Assembly: GCA_029263295.1 (NCBI GenBank)
Contig: JAJCXT010000055.1
Coordinates: 17,085 to 81,084, forward strand
DNA: 64,000 nt
Direction: 5' to 3'
Source: Acidobacteriota bacterium
Lineage (GTDB): Bacteria; Acidobacteriota; UBA890; WLXD01
The notes under the pieces are model-generated. The model was not told where the DNA came from and did not search any database. It saw only the letters and a list, made by a program, of their open reading frames with translations. The translations under genes were made by a program, and so were the position numbers. Position 1 is the stretch's first letter; each line of letters starts with the position of its first letter. Of the stretch, positions 1-9,308 are shown piece after piece.

Positions 1-1
1 G

Positions 2-310
2 AATCCGTTCGCCCCCACCCTCACCGGCAGCGTGAGACTGGGGGGTGTCGTGGGCAGCACGCCGCATCCAGCCAAGCCGCTGGTGCCCGTGCACGGCGGA
101 CCACAGGCCGCGGAGATCAGCGCCGACGGCGAACGTGTGTACCTCTACAGTTCGTCCTCGACGCCCTGGGATAGTCAGTTCTATCCAGCCGGCGTGCCCG
201 GTTGGCTGGCCAGGGTGGACGTCGACCCTGATGGGACCATGAGTGTCGATCGAGGGTTCTTGCCCGACCTGGAAGGCCTGCGCCCGCGCTGCGTGCGTCT
301 CGGCAACTAG
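2..310 (+). CDS. Selenium-binding protein 56 kDa (SBP56/methanethiol oxidase-like) family, C-terminal fragment, 5' end outside window
   Basis: Frame 2 is open from the edge: NPFAPTLTGSVRLGG...GGPQAAEISADGERVY...WDSQFYP.G..GWL, matching the SBP56 C-terminal pattern (GGPQMxExSxDGxRxY...WDxQFYP). Stop TAG at 308-310. Confidence 0.75.
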   Translation, partial: NPFAPTLTGSVRLGGVVGSTPHPAKPLVPVHGGPQAAEISADGERVYLYSSSSTPWDSQFYPAGVPGWLARVDVDPDGTMSVDRGFLPDLEGLRPRCVRLGN

Positions 311-392
311 CGGTCCCAGGGGTAGTCACGCAGGGCCGATGCTGGGACAATCGGCGGGCTCGTGCCGTCACTCTTGGAACGCCCCTTCGCTT

Positions 393-3308
393 ATGTCCGA
401 TCTGGAACGCGCTCGACGTGTCCACACTCTGCTGATCGACGCTCTCGCCTTGTCCGAGGCGGAACGCGGCCGATTCCTGCGGGAGCAGTGCGGCGAGGAT
501 GAAGATCTCATCGGCCAAGTCAACCAGCTCCTGCAGGGGGCCGGCGACGCCGAGCAGTACTTCAACCGACTCGGCGAGGATGTCGGAGATGTACTGGAGG
601 GCACCGCAGAGCGGGCCGCGACTGCCGCCCAGAATGATCCCCCGACTGCCGCGTCACCGGAGCCCGAGCCACCCGAACTCGAAATCGGCCAGAAGCTCGG
701 ACACTTCCGCGTCTCGGGCGAACTCGGCCGCGGCGGCATGGGCACCGTGTACCGCGCCACGGATCTACGACTGGGACGCGAGGTAGCCCTCAAGGTACTG
801 CCGCTCGCGGTCAGCGACGGGTCCGAGATGGCGGAACGGTTCGCGCAAGAGGCGCGCCTGCTGGCCGCGCTCAGCCACACCAACATCGCCTCGATCTTCG
901 GTATCGAGGAAGACGGCGGGCGCCGTCTGCTCGTTCTGGAGCTCGTCGACGGACCCGGCCTCGAGGAGCGTATCGCGCGTGGTCGACTCTCGGTCCGCGA
1001 AAGCCTCGAAACAGCCAGCCAGATCGCACGGGCGCTCGAGGTGGCGCACCGGGCGGGAATCGTGCATCGCGACCTGAAGCCTTCGAACGTGAAGCTCGTG
1101 GGCTCGACCGGCGTGGCGAAGGTACTCGACTTCGGTATCGCGACGGTCTTGCCCGATGCTCGCGTCGCTTCGGCTAGTGCCCACAAGGACATCGTTTCGA
1201 CCGGAGTCGGGAGAGTGCTCGGCACGGTCGCTTACATGAGCCCAGAGCAGGCGCGCGGCGACCAGGTCGACGAACGGACGGACATCTGGGCCTGGGGCTG
1301 CGTGCTCTACGAGATGCTCTGCGGCCAGCGACCGTTCCAGGGCCGCACGGTCACCGACACGCTGGCAGCGATCATCGAACGCGAGCCCGACTGGACCCGA
1401 CTACCGGCCACACTACCGGCCGAGGTGTCCCGCATGCTGCGGCGATGCCTGAACAAGGACCCGCGCCGGCGACTACGCAACGCTGGCGACCTCTGGCTGA
1501 TCCTCGAAGAGCTTTTGCACCCGGGCACTGAGGATGAGCAACCGCTACTCGAGGCGCCGCCAGCCTCGAACTGGCATCGAGTCTTACCCTGGGCGCTCGC
1601 TATCGCCGCTGCGGGTGCGGGGATCTTGCTGGGACGAGGGCTCGACGACCCGGCGGAGGAGCCAACGCGGCGTCTGGAATTGCTGGTAGGCGGCGAGCAA
1701 CTCCGTACGGCTGCGGGCGGACGTACCGTGGCCATCTCGGCCGACGGCACCACCCTGGCTCACACTGCCGACGGGAAGTTGCATCTGCGACCCCTCGATG
1801 CGTTCGAAGACCACGAACTCGAAGGCGGATTTGGCGCCGAGTCGCCCGCATTCTCGCCCGATGGGGCGTGGCTGAGTTTCTTCCAGCGCGGACAGCTGCG
1901 GAAGATCTCGGTGTTGGGCGGTGACCCCTTCCCACTGTGCGCCGCGGCTCTGCCACGTGGGTCCGACTGGGGCGACGACAACCGCATCGTCTTCAGCGAC
2001 GGCGCGTCGCTGTTCACGGTCTCCGGAAGTGGAGGCGACTGCCGTCCGCTCCGCAGTCCCGGCCCCGCGGACGACCAGGTGAAGTTCTTGTGGCCAACCT
2101 GGCTACCTGGTGGAACGCAGGTACTGTTTCAGATGACTGGCCCGCGCTCGAACGGGATCGCTGTCCTCGATGTGGCCAGCGGCGAGATCACGCAGGTGCA
2201 ATCCTCGGGCTCCGACCCTCGCTTCGTTCAGACGGGGCACATCCTCTACACGCGACTGGGCACAGTGTTCGCCGTCTCCTACGATCCCGCTACCGGTGAG
2301 ATCGGCACGAATCCGAGACCCGTCCTCGATGGCATCTCCGCCGAGAGCACCGGCGCCTCACACATGGCGGTGTCGACCGACGGAGTGCTGGCCTATGCTC
2401 CGAGCCCGGATCCTTCACGCGACCTCGTTTGGGTCGCCCGCGACGGCTCCGAGCGTCTGGCTGCACCCGCGAGCGGCGACTACACGACGCCCCGCGTTTC
2501 CCCGGACGCGACGCGCATCGCGGTCGTGATTCGTCGGGCCGGAGAAAGGCAGATCTGGGTCTACGATCTGCGCAATGAGACCGTGCGCCAGCTGACCCAG
2601 GGCGGCACCAATATCTGGCCCGCCTGGGCTCCGGACGGCGAGCGCATCTCGTTCTCGAACGGCATCGAGGGTCCCGCGACGATCTGGTGGCAAAGCGCCG
2701 ACGGCAGCGCGGCGACGAAGATCTCGACCCAGGGCAGGCACCAGTACGCCAGTTCCTGGGCAGCCCATGAGAACGTCATCACTTGGTTCCAGCCAGGCCC
2801 GGACGGCACCCGCGACATCTGGGCGCACCGACTCGACAGCGAGGCGGGGTCCTTTCCGGTCGTGGCGACGTCGGCGCACGAACAGGGTCCCGCGCTATCG
2901 CCCGATGCCCGATGGATCGCCTACGCGGCGAATACGACCGGACGCAACGAAATCTACGTCGAAGCTTGCCCGGGGTGCCGCGGCGGCGACGATAGCGACG
3001 CGCCACAGGGCCGCTGGCAAGTGTCCACCGCGGGCGGCGGCGAAGTGGTCTGGTCACCGCGGGGAGACGAACTCTTCTACCGAGAAGGCAGCAAGGTCAT
3101 GTCGGTCAGCATCGACTTCAGTTCGGGCGTGCCCCGCGCACAGTCACCGATGGAGCTGTTCGACGGCCCCTACGTGATCGGACAATCCGGCAACAGCGAG
3201 TACGCCGTCGCACCCGATGGGGACCGCTTCCTCATGGTGAAGAACCCCGAGGAGTCGGGCGCCCAGCGGATCCGCGTGGTCCTCAACTGGTTTGCCGAGC
3301 TCCCGTAG
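393..3308 (+). CDS. Hanks-type Ser/Thr protein kinase with a TM helix and C-terminal TolB/PD40-like beta-propeller
   Basis: GRGGMGTVY, VALKVL, HRDLKPSN, VLDFGIA, GTVAYMSPEQARG and DIWAWG motifs; hydrophobic LPWALAIAAAGAGILLG; repeated P.(F/W)SPDG units. ATG 393 is preferred over the track start 243, which overlaps the upstream gene. Confidence 0.92.
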   Translation: MSDLERARRVHTLLIDALALSEAERGRFLREQCGEDEDLIGQVNQLLQGAGDAEQYFNRLGEDVGDVLEGTAERAATAAQNDPPTAASPEPEPPELEIGQKLGHFRVSGELGRGGMGTVYRATDLRLGREVALKVLPLAVSDGSEMAERFAQEARLLAALSHTNIASIFGIEEDGGRRLLVLELVDGPGLEERIARGRLSVRESLETASQIARALEVAHRAGIVHRDLKPSNVKLVGSTGVAKVLDFGIATVLPDARVASASAHKDIVSTGVGRVLGTVAYMSPEQARGDQVDERTDIWAWGCVLYEMLCGQRPFQGRTVTDTLAAIIEREPDWTRLPATLPAEVSRMLRRCLNKDPRRRLRNAGDLWLILEELLHPGTEDEQPLLEAPPASNWHRVLPWALAIAAAGAGILLGRGLDDPAEEPTRRLELLVGGEQLRTAAGGRTVAISADGTTLAHTADGKLHLRPLDAFEDHELEGGFGAESPAFSPDGAWLSFFQRGQLRKISVLGGDPFPLCAAALPRGSDWGDDNRIVFSDGASLFTVSGSGGDCRPLRSPGPADDQVKFLWPTWLPGGTQVLFQMTGPRSNGIAVLDVASGEITQVQSSGSDPRFVQTGHILYTRLGTVFAVSYDPATGEIGTNPRPVLDGISAESTGASHMAVSTDGVLAYAPSPDPSRDLVWVARDGSERLAAPASGDYTTPRVSPDATRIAVVIRRAGERQIWVYDLRNETVRQLTQGGTNIWPAWAPDGERISFSNGIEGPATIWWQSADGSAATKISTQGRHQYASSWAAHENVITWFQPGPDGTRDIWAHRLDSEAGSFPVVATSAHEQGPALSPDARWIAYAANTTGRNEIYVEACPGCRGGDDSDAPQGRWQVSTAGGGEVVWSPRGDELFYREGSKVMSVSIDFSSGVPRAQSPMELFDGPYVIGQSGNSEYAVAPDGDRFLMVKNPEESGAQRIRVVLNWFAELP

Positions 3309-3350
3309 CGCGGCCCGGCGATCTTTTTCGAAACCCGCGCGGCAACTCGC

Positions 3351-3374
3351 CGTATATCTTTTACTATGTACGAA
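3351..3374. promoter_or_regulatory. AT-rich imperfect inverted repeat overlapping the start codon of permease 1; candidate PadR operator
   Basis: CGTATAT-N8-ATGTACG (1 mismatch), containing TTTTAC-TAT-GTACGA; an AT island in GC-rich DNA. Confidence 0.45.
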
Positions 3375-6056
3375 AAATGCCCACCGAGGCTAGCTGAGCG
3401 CATGCTGCGCTGGGCTACCGCCCGCGCCGATCGCGACTGTGTCGCCGGCGACCTGGCCGAGGAGTTTGCCGTTCGCGCGCAACGCTCCGGCCCTGGTGGA
3501 GCGCGGCGCTGGTACTGGTGGCAGGTGATGCGATCGGTGCCGACGAATCTGCTAACAGGCCGTGAGGTCCAGGCAGCCAGACGCAGCGCGATCCAACTCG
3601 ATACCCCCCTCCGTCGAGGAGACGGCGCGATGAGCAACATGCTGCAGGACATCCGTTACGGCTTCCGGACGCTCGCCAAGAGCCCCACGTTCACTGTGTT
3701 GACCATCAGCACGCTGGCACTGGCCATGGGTGTGAACACGGCGATCTTCAGCATCCTGAATCTCATCCTGATCCAGGATCTTCCGCTCAGGGACACCGAC
3801 ACGCTGGGCTTTATCTACTCGACGAATGCTCAGCTCAACTCCTCGCAGGCGCCGGTGCCCGCAGCTGACTTCCTCGACTATCGAGAAGAGGTTGGCGCCT
3901 TCGGCGACCTCGCGGCGGTCGACCGTGGCGCGTCGTTCACGCTCACCGGCACCGAAGAGCCTGTCTGGATCGAGGGCTTCCTGGCGACAGCGAACACCCT
4001 CGACATCTGGGGCCAGGCGACGATCATGGGCCGGTGGTTCACTCCCGATGAGGACCGCGAAGGCGGTGAGCGCGTGGCCGTGCTCTCGCATGGGTCCTGG
4101 GAGCGACGTTTCGGGTTCGATCCCGACATCGTCGGCCGGGTGATCGACCTCGATGGCTATCCGACCACGCTCATCGGCGTGATGCCCAAGGAGATGGAGT
4201 TCGGCTCGCTGGCGGAAGCCGAGGTATGGGTGCCGGCACGGCTGAACCGCGCCAGTGCGAGCCGTGAAGATCGCACCCTCTGGGTCATAGGCCGCCTCGC
4301 ACCCGGCGCGACGCTCGCACAGGCTCAGCAGGAGGTTGACGCGGTGCGGCAGCGGATCATCGCCGAGGAGCCAGATCTACAGGGACCCTGGGGCGCGATC
4401 GTTTACGACATGAACCGCGCGCTCGCGCCGCCGGACACCTGGATGATCATGTTCATGCTCGGACTCACCGTGACGTTCGTCATGCTGATCGCCTGCTCCA
4501 ACGTGGCCACGATGATGCTGACCCGGGCCTCCGCCCGTTCGCGTGAGATCGCCGTGCGCGCCGCACTTGGTGCGCAGCGCCGCAGACTGCTCGGCCAGCT
4601 CCTCGGCGAGAGCGCCATCCTGTCGCTGGCCGCGGGACTCCTCGGCCTGCTGATCGCGCGCGCCTCGCTCATGGGTCTGATCTGGATGGCAGGCGAAAAC
4701 AGCGGCATGAACATCTTCGGGATGGTCACACTTGATACGACCGTTCTGCTCTTCACTCTCGGGGTCGCCCTCCTGTCGCCCATGCTCTTCGGTTTCATCC
4801 CGGCGCTGCGCGCGTCGCGACCGGACCTCAACGAGACCCTGCGCGAAGGCGCGCGCGGCAGCAGCGGCGGGCCTGGTGGCCTGCGTGGACGCCGCTTCCT
4901 AGTGGCCACCCAGGTCGCGCTGGCGCTGAGTCTCATGGTGGTCGCAGGCGTGCTAATGCAGGCCATGGCGAAGAACCGCAACTATGATCCCGGCTTCGAT
5001 GTCGACAACGTAATGACGATGCGTGTGGATCTCACCGAATCGGAGTATCCGAGCGGTGTGGATCAACTACAGAACTTCTCCCGCATCCGCGCCACCCTCG
5101 CGGCATTGCCCGGCATCGAGAGTGTCACCACCATGGGGTGGCGCCTGGGCGCCAACGACGACCCGATCGTCGCACGCAGCTTCCGCATTGTGGGACAGCC
5201 GGAACCCGATGCCGCCGAGCTCCCGTCGGGGTTCCTCAACGTGGTGAGCGCCGGCACCCTAGGGGTAATGCGGCTGCCACTTCTGAGCGGTCGCGACTTC
5301 ACGGAGAGCGACAACGCAGACTCAGCGCCCGTGGTGATCGTCAATGAACGGCTGGTGGAACGCTACTGGACCGGCCAAGCGCTCGGCAGCCACATCAAGC
5401 TAGGCACCGACGACCGCTCGTTCGAGGTGGTCGGTGTGATGAAGAACATTCACTCTGGAGATTCCAGCAACCCTGCGTTCCCGATCATCTTCGCGCCCCT
5501 GGCGCAGAATCCTCAGCGGCGGATGGGAGTGCTTGCTCGCACGTCTGGTGATCCGCTGGCGATGACCAGCGCCATCCGCGAGGCTATCTGGTCGGTCGAC
5601 GCGGATCAGCCGGTCGCCGACATGCGCACGGTGCATCAGTTGATCGAGGATGCTTTCGCGGCGCCCATGACCCTGTTCTCGATCTTCGTCGCCTTCGCCG
5701 GGTTCGCCGTGGCGATGTCTGCCGCGGGTATCTACGGTGTGATCTCGTACGCGGTGAGCGCGCGCACTCGTGAGATCGGGATTCGCATGGCGCTCGGCGC
5801 GCGTGCCACCGGCGTGCTGGCGATGATCACGCGCCAAGCAATGATGCTGGTCGGGCTCGGCATGGTCGTGGGTGGCGCGGCGGGCATCCTCCTGGGGCGC
5901 CTGCTCTCCAGCGCCATCCCGGATGTTGGCAGCTTCGACCTTCCCTCGTTTCTCGGGGTGCTGGCGGTATTCGCGGCAACGACCCTATTAGCCACCTGGA
6001 TCCCGGCACGGCGCGCCGCGCGCGTCCAACCGGTTACGGCACTACGCAGCGAGTAA
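3366..6056 (+). CDS. ADOP-type duplicated ABC permease (2x MacB_PCD + 2x FtsX) #1, with a PPRLA-type N-terminal prefix
   Basis: LQDIRYGFRTL, LAMGVNTAIFS, LIACSNVA, REIAVRAALGA, GIYGVISY...REIGIRMALGA, PARRAARVQP..ALRSE. Confidence 0.93.
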   Translation: MYEKCPPRLAERMLRWATARADRDCVAGDLAEEFAVRAQRSGPGGARRWYWWQVMRSVPTNLLTGREVQAARRSAIQLDTPLRRGDGAMSNMLQDIRYGFRTLAKSPTFTVLTISTLALAMGVNTAIFSILNLILIQDLPLRDTDTLGFIYSTNAQLNSSQAPVPAADFLDYREEVGAFGDLAAVDRGASFTLTGTEEPVWIEGFLATANTLDIWGQATIMGRWFTPDEDREGGERVAVLSHGSWERRFGFDPDIVGRVIDLDGYPTTLIGVMPKEMEFGSLAEAEVWVPARLNRASASREDRTLWVIGRLAPGATLAQAQQEVDAVRQRIIAEEPDLQGPWGAIVYDMNRALAPPDTWMIMFMLGLTVTFVMLIACSNVATMMLTRASARSREIAVRAALGAQRRRLLGQLLGESAILSLAAGLLGLLIARASLMGLIWMAGENSGMNIFGMVTLDTTVLLFTLGVALLSPMLFGFIPALRASRPDLNETLREGARGSSGGPGGLRGRRFLVATQVALALSLMVVAGVLMQAMAKNRNYDPGFDVDNVMTMRVDLTESEYPSGVDQLQNFSRIRATLAALPGIESVTTMGWRLGANDDPIVARSFRIVGQPEPDAAELPSGFLNVVSAGTLGVMRLPLLSGRDFTESDNADSAPVVIVNERLVERYWTGQALGSHIKLGTDDRSFEVVGVMKNIHSGDSSNPAFPIIFAPLAQNPQRRMGVLARTSGDPLAMTSAIREAIWSVDADQPVADMRTVHQLIEDAFAAPMTLFSIFVAFAGFAVAMSAAGIYGVISYAVSARTREIGIRMALGARATGVLAMITRQAMMLVGLGMVVGGAAGILLGRLLSSAIPDVGSFDLPSFLGVLAVFAATTLLATWIPARRAARVQPVTALRSE

Positions 6057-6076
6057 CGCCGCATGGAAATACTGCG

Positions 6077-6403
6077 ATGAGTAAAGGAAACTACCTGGGC
6101 GAATTCGAGATCGTGGTGCTCTCGACCTTGCTGCACCTCGGTGAGAACGCTTACGGAATGACCATTCGCTGCGAGATCGACGAGCACACCGGTCGGTCGG
6201 TGTCGATCGGCGCGATCTACGCCACGTTGCGGCGGCTCGAACGCAAAGGACTGGTCGTCTCGCATCTCGGCGAACCGACCGCCGAGCGCGGTGGTCGTGC
6301 CAAGCGCTTCTTCGCTCTCGAGCCGGCCGGTGAAGACGCCGTCGCACGCTCACGCGCGATGTTCGCCCGTCTCTGGAACGACCTTCCTGAGGCGCGCGGC
6401 TAG
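6077..6403 (+). CDS. PadR-family transcriptional regulator (class A in this report)
   Basis: LGEFEIVVL...GENAYG..IR.EI...GAIYATLRRLERKGLV...ERGGRAKRFF; winged HTH of 108 aa. Confidence 0.92.
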   Translation: MSKGNYLGEFEIVVLSTLLHLGENAYGMTIRCEIDEHTGRSVSIGAIYATLRRLERKGLVVSHLGEPTAERGGRAKRFFALEPAGEDAVARSRAMFARLWNDLPEARG

Positions 6404-6437
6404 CGCCAAGGCATGGTCAGCATGGATGATGCCTGCC

Positions 6438-7367
6438 CTAGGGTAGGGGATCCAGCCCGCGACGCCGTCGCAGCTTGTCGATTGCGGAGCCGCGACGAGA
6501 ACCGGGCCTCCATCTCCGAAGCCTGCGAGGGTCGATCCGCAACGCCAGCAGAACCCTCCGCAGCCAGTGATCCAGTAGCGCGCGCAGGAGGAGTCTCGTA
6601 GTAAGCCCCTGGAGCGATTCGAGACGCAAGCCGGTCAGTCGGCGTTGCTGGTCGAGCAGCAGTTTGGCGAGCTCCCGGCTTCGAAAGGCCTCCGCGTCGA
6701 CCTGCATCGCCCGGTAGATCGAGCGCTGAGGTTCATCGGGCTGCTCAATGTAGCTGTTGGGCAACGAACTCGGCGCGACCACGGTCAGGCGCGGCACCAC
6801 CACAATCTGCTTCTGCGCCCGCCACACTCGGCTGAGCCAATCCTGTGAGGGCGGGAGGTGAATGGTCCGGAATGGGCGCCAAGGTCCGACTTCATCCACC
6901 ACCGGTCGTCGAACCAACCAGGACGACGCCTCGATCCAGTTGTCGGCGCCGGGTTCGAACCGCAGGCCGCCGATCACGCCGGAGACCCTCCGGTCCCCGC
7001 CAGCCGCGATTCGCTCATCCAGGCAAATCGTCATGTCTGCGCCGCTCGATTCCAGCTTCGACAGCGCCACCTCGAGATGGTCGGGGAACCACAGATCGTC
7101 GTGGTTGAGAAAGGCGATGACGTCCGCACGTGCGCGCCGGATCCCTTCATTGTTGGGGCCCGACTGCTCGCCCACGTTCTCCGCCAAGTTGTGGAAGTGA
7201 ATGCGCGGATCATCGAAAGCACGAACGACGGCCTCGGTATCGTCAGTGCATGCATCTCCGATGACCCACATCTCCCAGTCGCTCTCCGTTTGCCACAGCA
7301 CGGTCCGGATCGCGTACGCGAGTACGTTGCTGCGGTTATACGTAGCCGTGATGATCGAGACCTTGGG
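6438..7367 (-). CDS. Glycosyltransferase family 2; no canonical start codon, possibly a frameshifted fusion with the upstream dehydratase
   Basis: The frame extends upstream of the track start (7301) as PKVSIITATYNRSNVLAYAIRTVLWQ...VIGDACTDDT...IAFLNHDDLWFPDHL, the GT-A N-terminus and DxD-like motif. No ATG/GTG/TTG lies between the in-frame TGA (7455-7457) and this motif. Confidence 0.82.
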   Translation of the reverse strand, partial: PKVSIITATYNRSNVLAYAIRTVLWQTESDWEMWVIGDACTDDTEAVVRAFDDPRIHFHNLAENVGEQSGPNNEGIRRARADVIAFLNHDDLWFPDHLEVALSKLESSGADMTICLDERIAAGGDRRVSGVIGGLRFEPGADNWIEASSWLVRRPVVDEVGPWRPFRTIHLPPSQDWLSRVWRAQKQIVVVPRLTVVAPSSLPNSYIEQPDEPQRSIYRAMQVDAEAFRSRELAKLLLDQQRRLTGLRLESLQGLTTRLLLRALLDHWLRRVLLALRIDPRRLRRWRPGSRRGSAIDKLRRRRGLDPLP

Positions 7368-8770
7368 CGAGTGACTCGCGCGATCAGGGACAGACGCAGG
7401 TGGGCGAGTAGACTGCGCATCTGGTTGGTGAACACATTGCCGAATCGCAGGAGATCAGCGATCTGGCCGAACGTCATCCACCGGTACTCTGCCGGAATCT
7501 CCAAGCGATGATCTTCGTCCAGTTGCACCAGCCGGTACTCGGTCTCGTCGTGATAGAAACGGCCGCCTTCCTCGGACTGGCGAACACAGAGCAGCGTCTT
7601 GTCCTCCGCGACCGTCACCAGCGAGAAGAACGGCTCCGCGGCCAGGAGTTCGCCGGGTTCGTGATCAGATGGCACGCAGTCGACTGTAGCCGTGCACTCG
7701 ACGGAGTCGAAACTCCCGGGTTCCATGGCTGCCTTTACGAGAAAGTGCAGGAGGCCCCGGTGTCGCTGACACAGGAGTGCGACAAGGGCGCGACCGTGCG
7801 TGTGGACCAGCGGCTGGTCCCACTGGCTCACCTCGCGCACGTTGGACGACACCTTGACCTGGATGATCGAGAAGTGACGCTCCCCTTCATGCACGATGCG
7901 ATCCCGCTCGATGCGCCAACCCGCCAAATCCGAGAGAGAGACCACGCGGCGCTCGCGGCGCAGGTCGGCCCGCGCTTGTCCGAACCACGCCATCAAATCG
8001 TCCATCGAGTGCACTGCCGCCGCGTCAGCGGCATCCGACGACTCTCGGAGCGCCGGCCCAAGGTCGTTCGCTACTGCCGATTCTCCGGTGGCACCGCGGA
8101 TCGAGAGCGGCAAGCATGCCAGGACGGAGCGGGCGTCGGTGTTCACCACGTTGTCGCACCGGAGCAGTTCCGACATCTCTTCCAGCGAAATCCAGCGGAA
8201 ACCGTCTCCCGATCCCAGGTCCTCCTCCCCCGTCGTCCGCACAACCATGTTCCGGTTGCGCTTGGCGAGAAACCGCGAGCCTTGTTCGGACTGGAGTTGA
8301 TGCAAGACGACATCGTCCGGATCGGGCCTGGTGAAGCCGCTGAGAAAACGCTGCCCCGAACCACCGTGTATGCGTCGATAGTTGCTCTCGGTCGCCTGCA
8401 CGGTGGGCCCGATTTGCACGCGGCCGATATTACCGGGCTCGGCCTTCGCCTGCGCGAGCAGCTGCACCCTTCCGTCCCGAACTCGGAGCAGGAACCCGAG
8501 GATGCCAAACTCAGGCTGATCGACGATGGGCTGGTGCGCACAGAAAGGGGACCGCGCATCGCCAGCGAGCGCGAGTCCAACGACGGAGAAAAACCCGCCC
8601 GTTCGATGCGAGAGCGCTGAGCGGCCCCCGATCCACTGCCATTCGAGCGAGTCGCCGAACTCGATGCGTTCCACGTCCAGTCGCGTCGCTTCGCGCCGGT
8701 CCTCCAACCACCTCAGGGTGGCTGGCGCGGCGCGTACAGCCGCCACCTTTTGCCTCGCTTCATTGCCCAT
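7031..8770 (-). CDS. NDP-hexose 2,3-dehydratase family (EvaA/OleV/TylCVI-like); last ~115 aa look like out-of-frame read-through
   Basis: Two homologous halves: HRTGGFFSVVG..QPIVDQPEFGILG..QAKAEPGN...PTVQATESNY..H.G, QSEQGSRFLAKRNRNM, and WDQPL...EPG...QSEEGGRFYH...FTNQMRSLL. Confidence 0.88.
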   Translation of the reverse strand: MGNEARQKVAAVRAAPATLRWLEDRREATRLDVERIEFGDSLEWQWIGGRSALSHRTGGFFSVVGLALAGDARSPFCAHQPIVDQPEFGILGFLLRVRDGRVQLLAQAKAEPGNIGRVQIGPTVQATESNYRRIHGGSGQRFLSGFTRPDPDDVVLHQLQSEQGSRFLAKRNRNMVVRTTGEEDLGSGDGFRWISLEEMSELLRCDNVVNTDARSVLACLPLSIRGATGESAVANDLGPALRESSDAADAAAVHSMDDLMAWFGQARADLRRERRVVSLSDLAGWRIERDRIVHEGERHFSIIQVKVSSNVREVSQWDQPLVHTHGRALVALLCQRHRGLLHFLVKAAMEPGSFDSVECTATVDCVPSDHEPGELLAAEPFFSLVTVAEDKTLLCVRQSEEGGRFYHDETEYRLVQLDEDHRLEIPAEYRWMTFGQIADLLRFGNVFTNQMRSLLAHLRLSLIARVTRPRSRSSRLRITAATYSRTRSGPCCGKRRATGRCGSSEMHALTIPRPSFVLSMIRAFTSTTWRRTWASSRAPTMKGSGAHVRTSSPFSTTTICGSPTISRWRCRSWNRAAQT

Positions 8771-8842
8771 CGCCCACGAGGTTACTGCAACCGGAGACAA
8801 GACCTCACATCGCGGGCGATCGTCCGCAGGAGCGAGACTTCG

Positions 8843-9295
8843 TTATTCCCGCGCAGCTCCGGGTCGCCATGCGGCGACGAGACCGAACAGGCCGATGACG
8901 GTCATGGTGCCCGGAGCCAGCACGGGCGTGGCGCCGGTGAGCGACTCGCGGGCCAACTCGAAGCCGGCGCGATCCGGGTACATCTCGCGCTCGAACTCAA
9001 CGTTGCCCTTGTAGTGGAGCCAGTTGCCGGCGAGGCCGCACACGATGCAAACCCACATCACGCCGGCAACCACGCGACGCAGCCCCTCGCCGGGGCGCCG
9101 CAGGTAGGCGCCCGTCACCAGGATCACCCCGCCAAGCAGGCCCAGCGGAGCGAACTGCCACGTGTCTTCGTAGTGGCCAATCAGAAGCAGCTCCGCGAGC
9201 GTTCCGAGGCTACCGAACAGCAGGACCGCCAGCACTGCACGGCGCAGTGTCCGCGCGATCAAATGCTCGCGTGCTACGCCCGGCTCATTCGTCAC
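8843..9295 (-). CDS. Hypothetical membrane protein (about 4 TM helices)
   Basis: 150-aa ORF with hydrophobic segments and conserved-looking ELLLIGHYE, HYKGNVEFE and GATPVLAPG motifs; 13 nt downstream of the HhH gene. Confidence 0.75.
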   Translation of the reverse strand: MTNEPGVAREHLIARTLRRAVLAVLLFGSLGTLAELLLIGHYEDTWQFAPLGLLGGVILVTGAYLRRPGEGLRRVVAGVMWVCIVCGLAGNWLHYKGNVEFEREMYPDRAGFELARESLTGATPVLAPGTMTVIGLFGLVAAWRPGAARE

Positions 9296-9308
9296 TCTGA
9301 ATCCGCGC

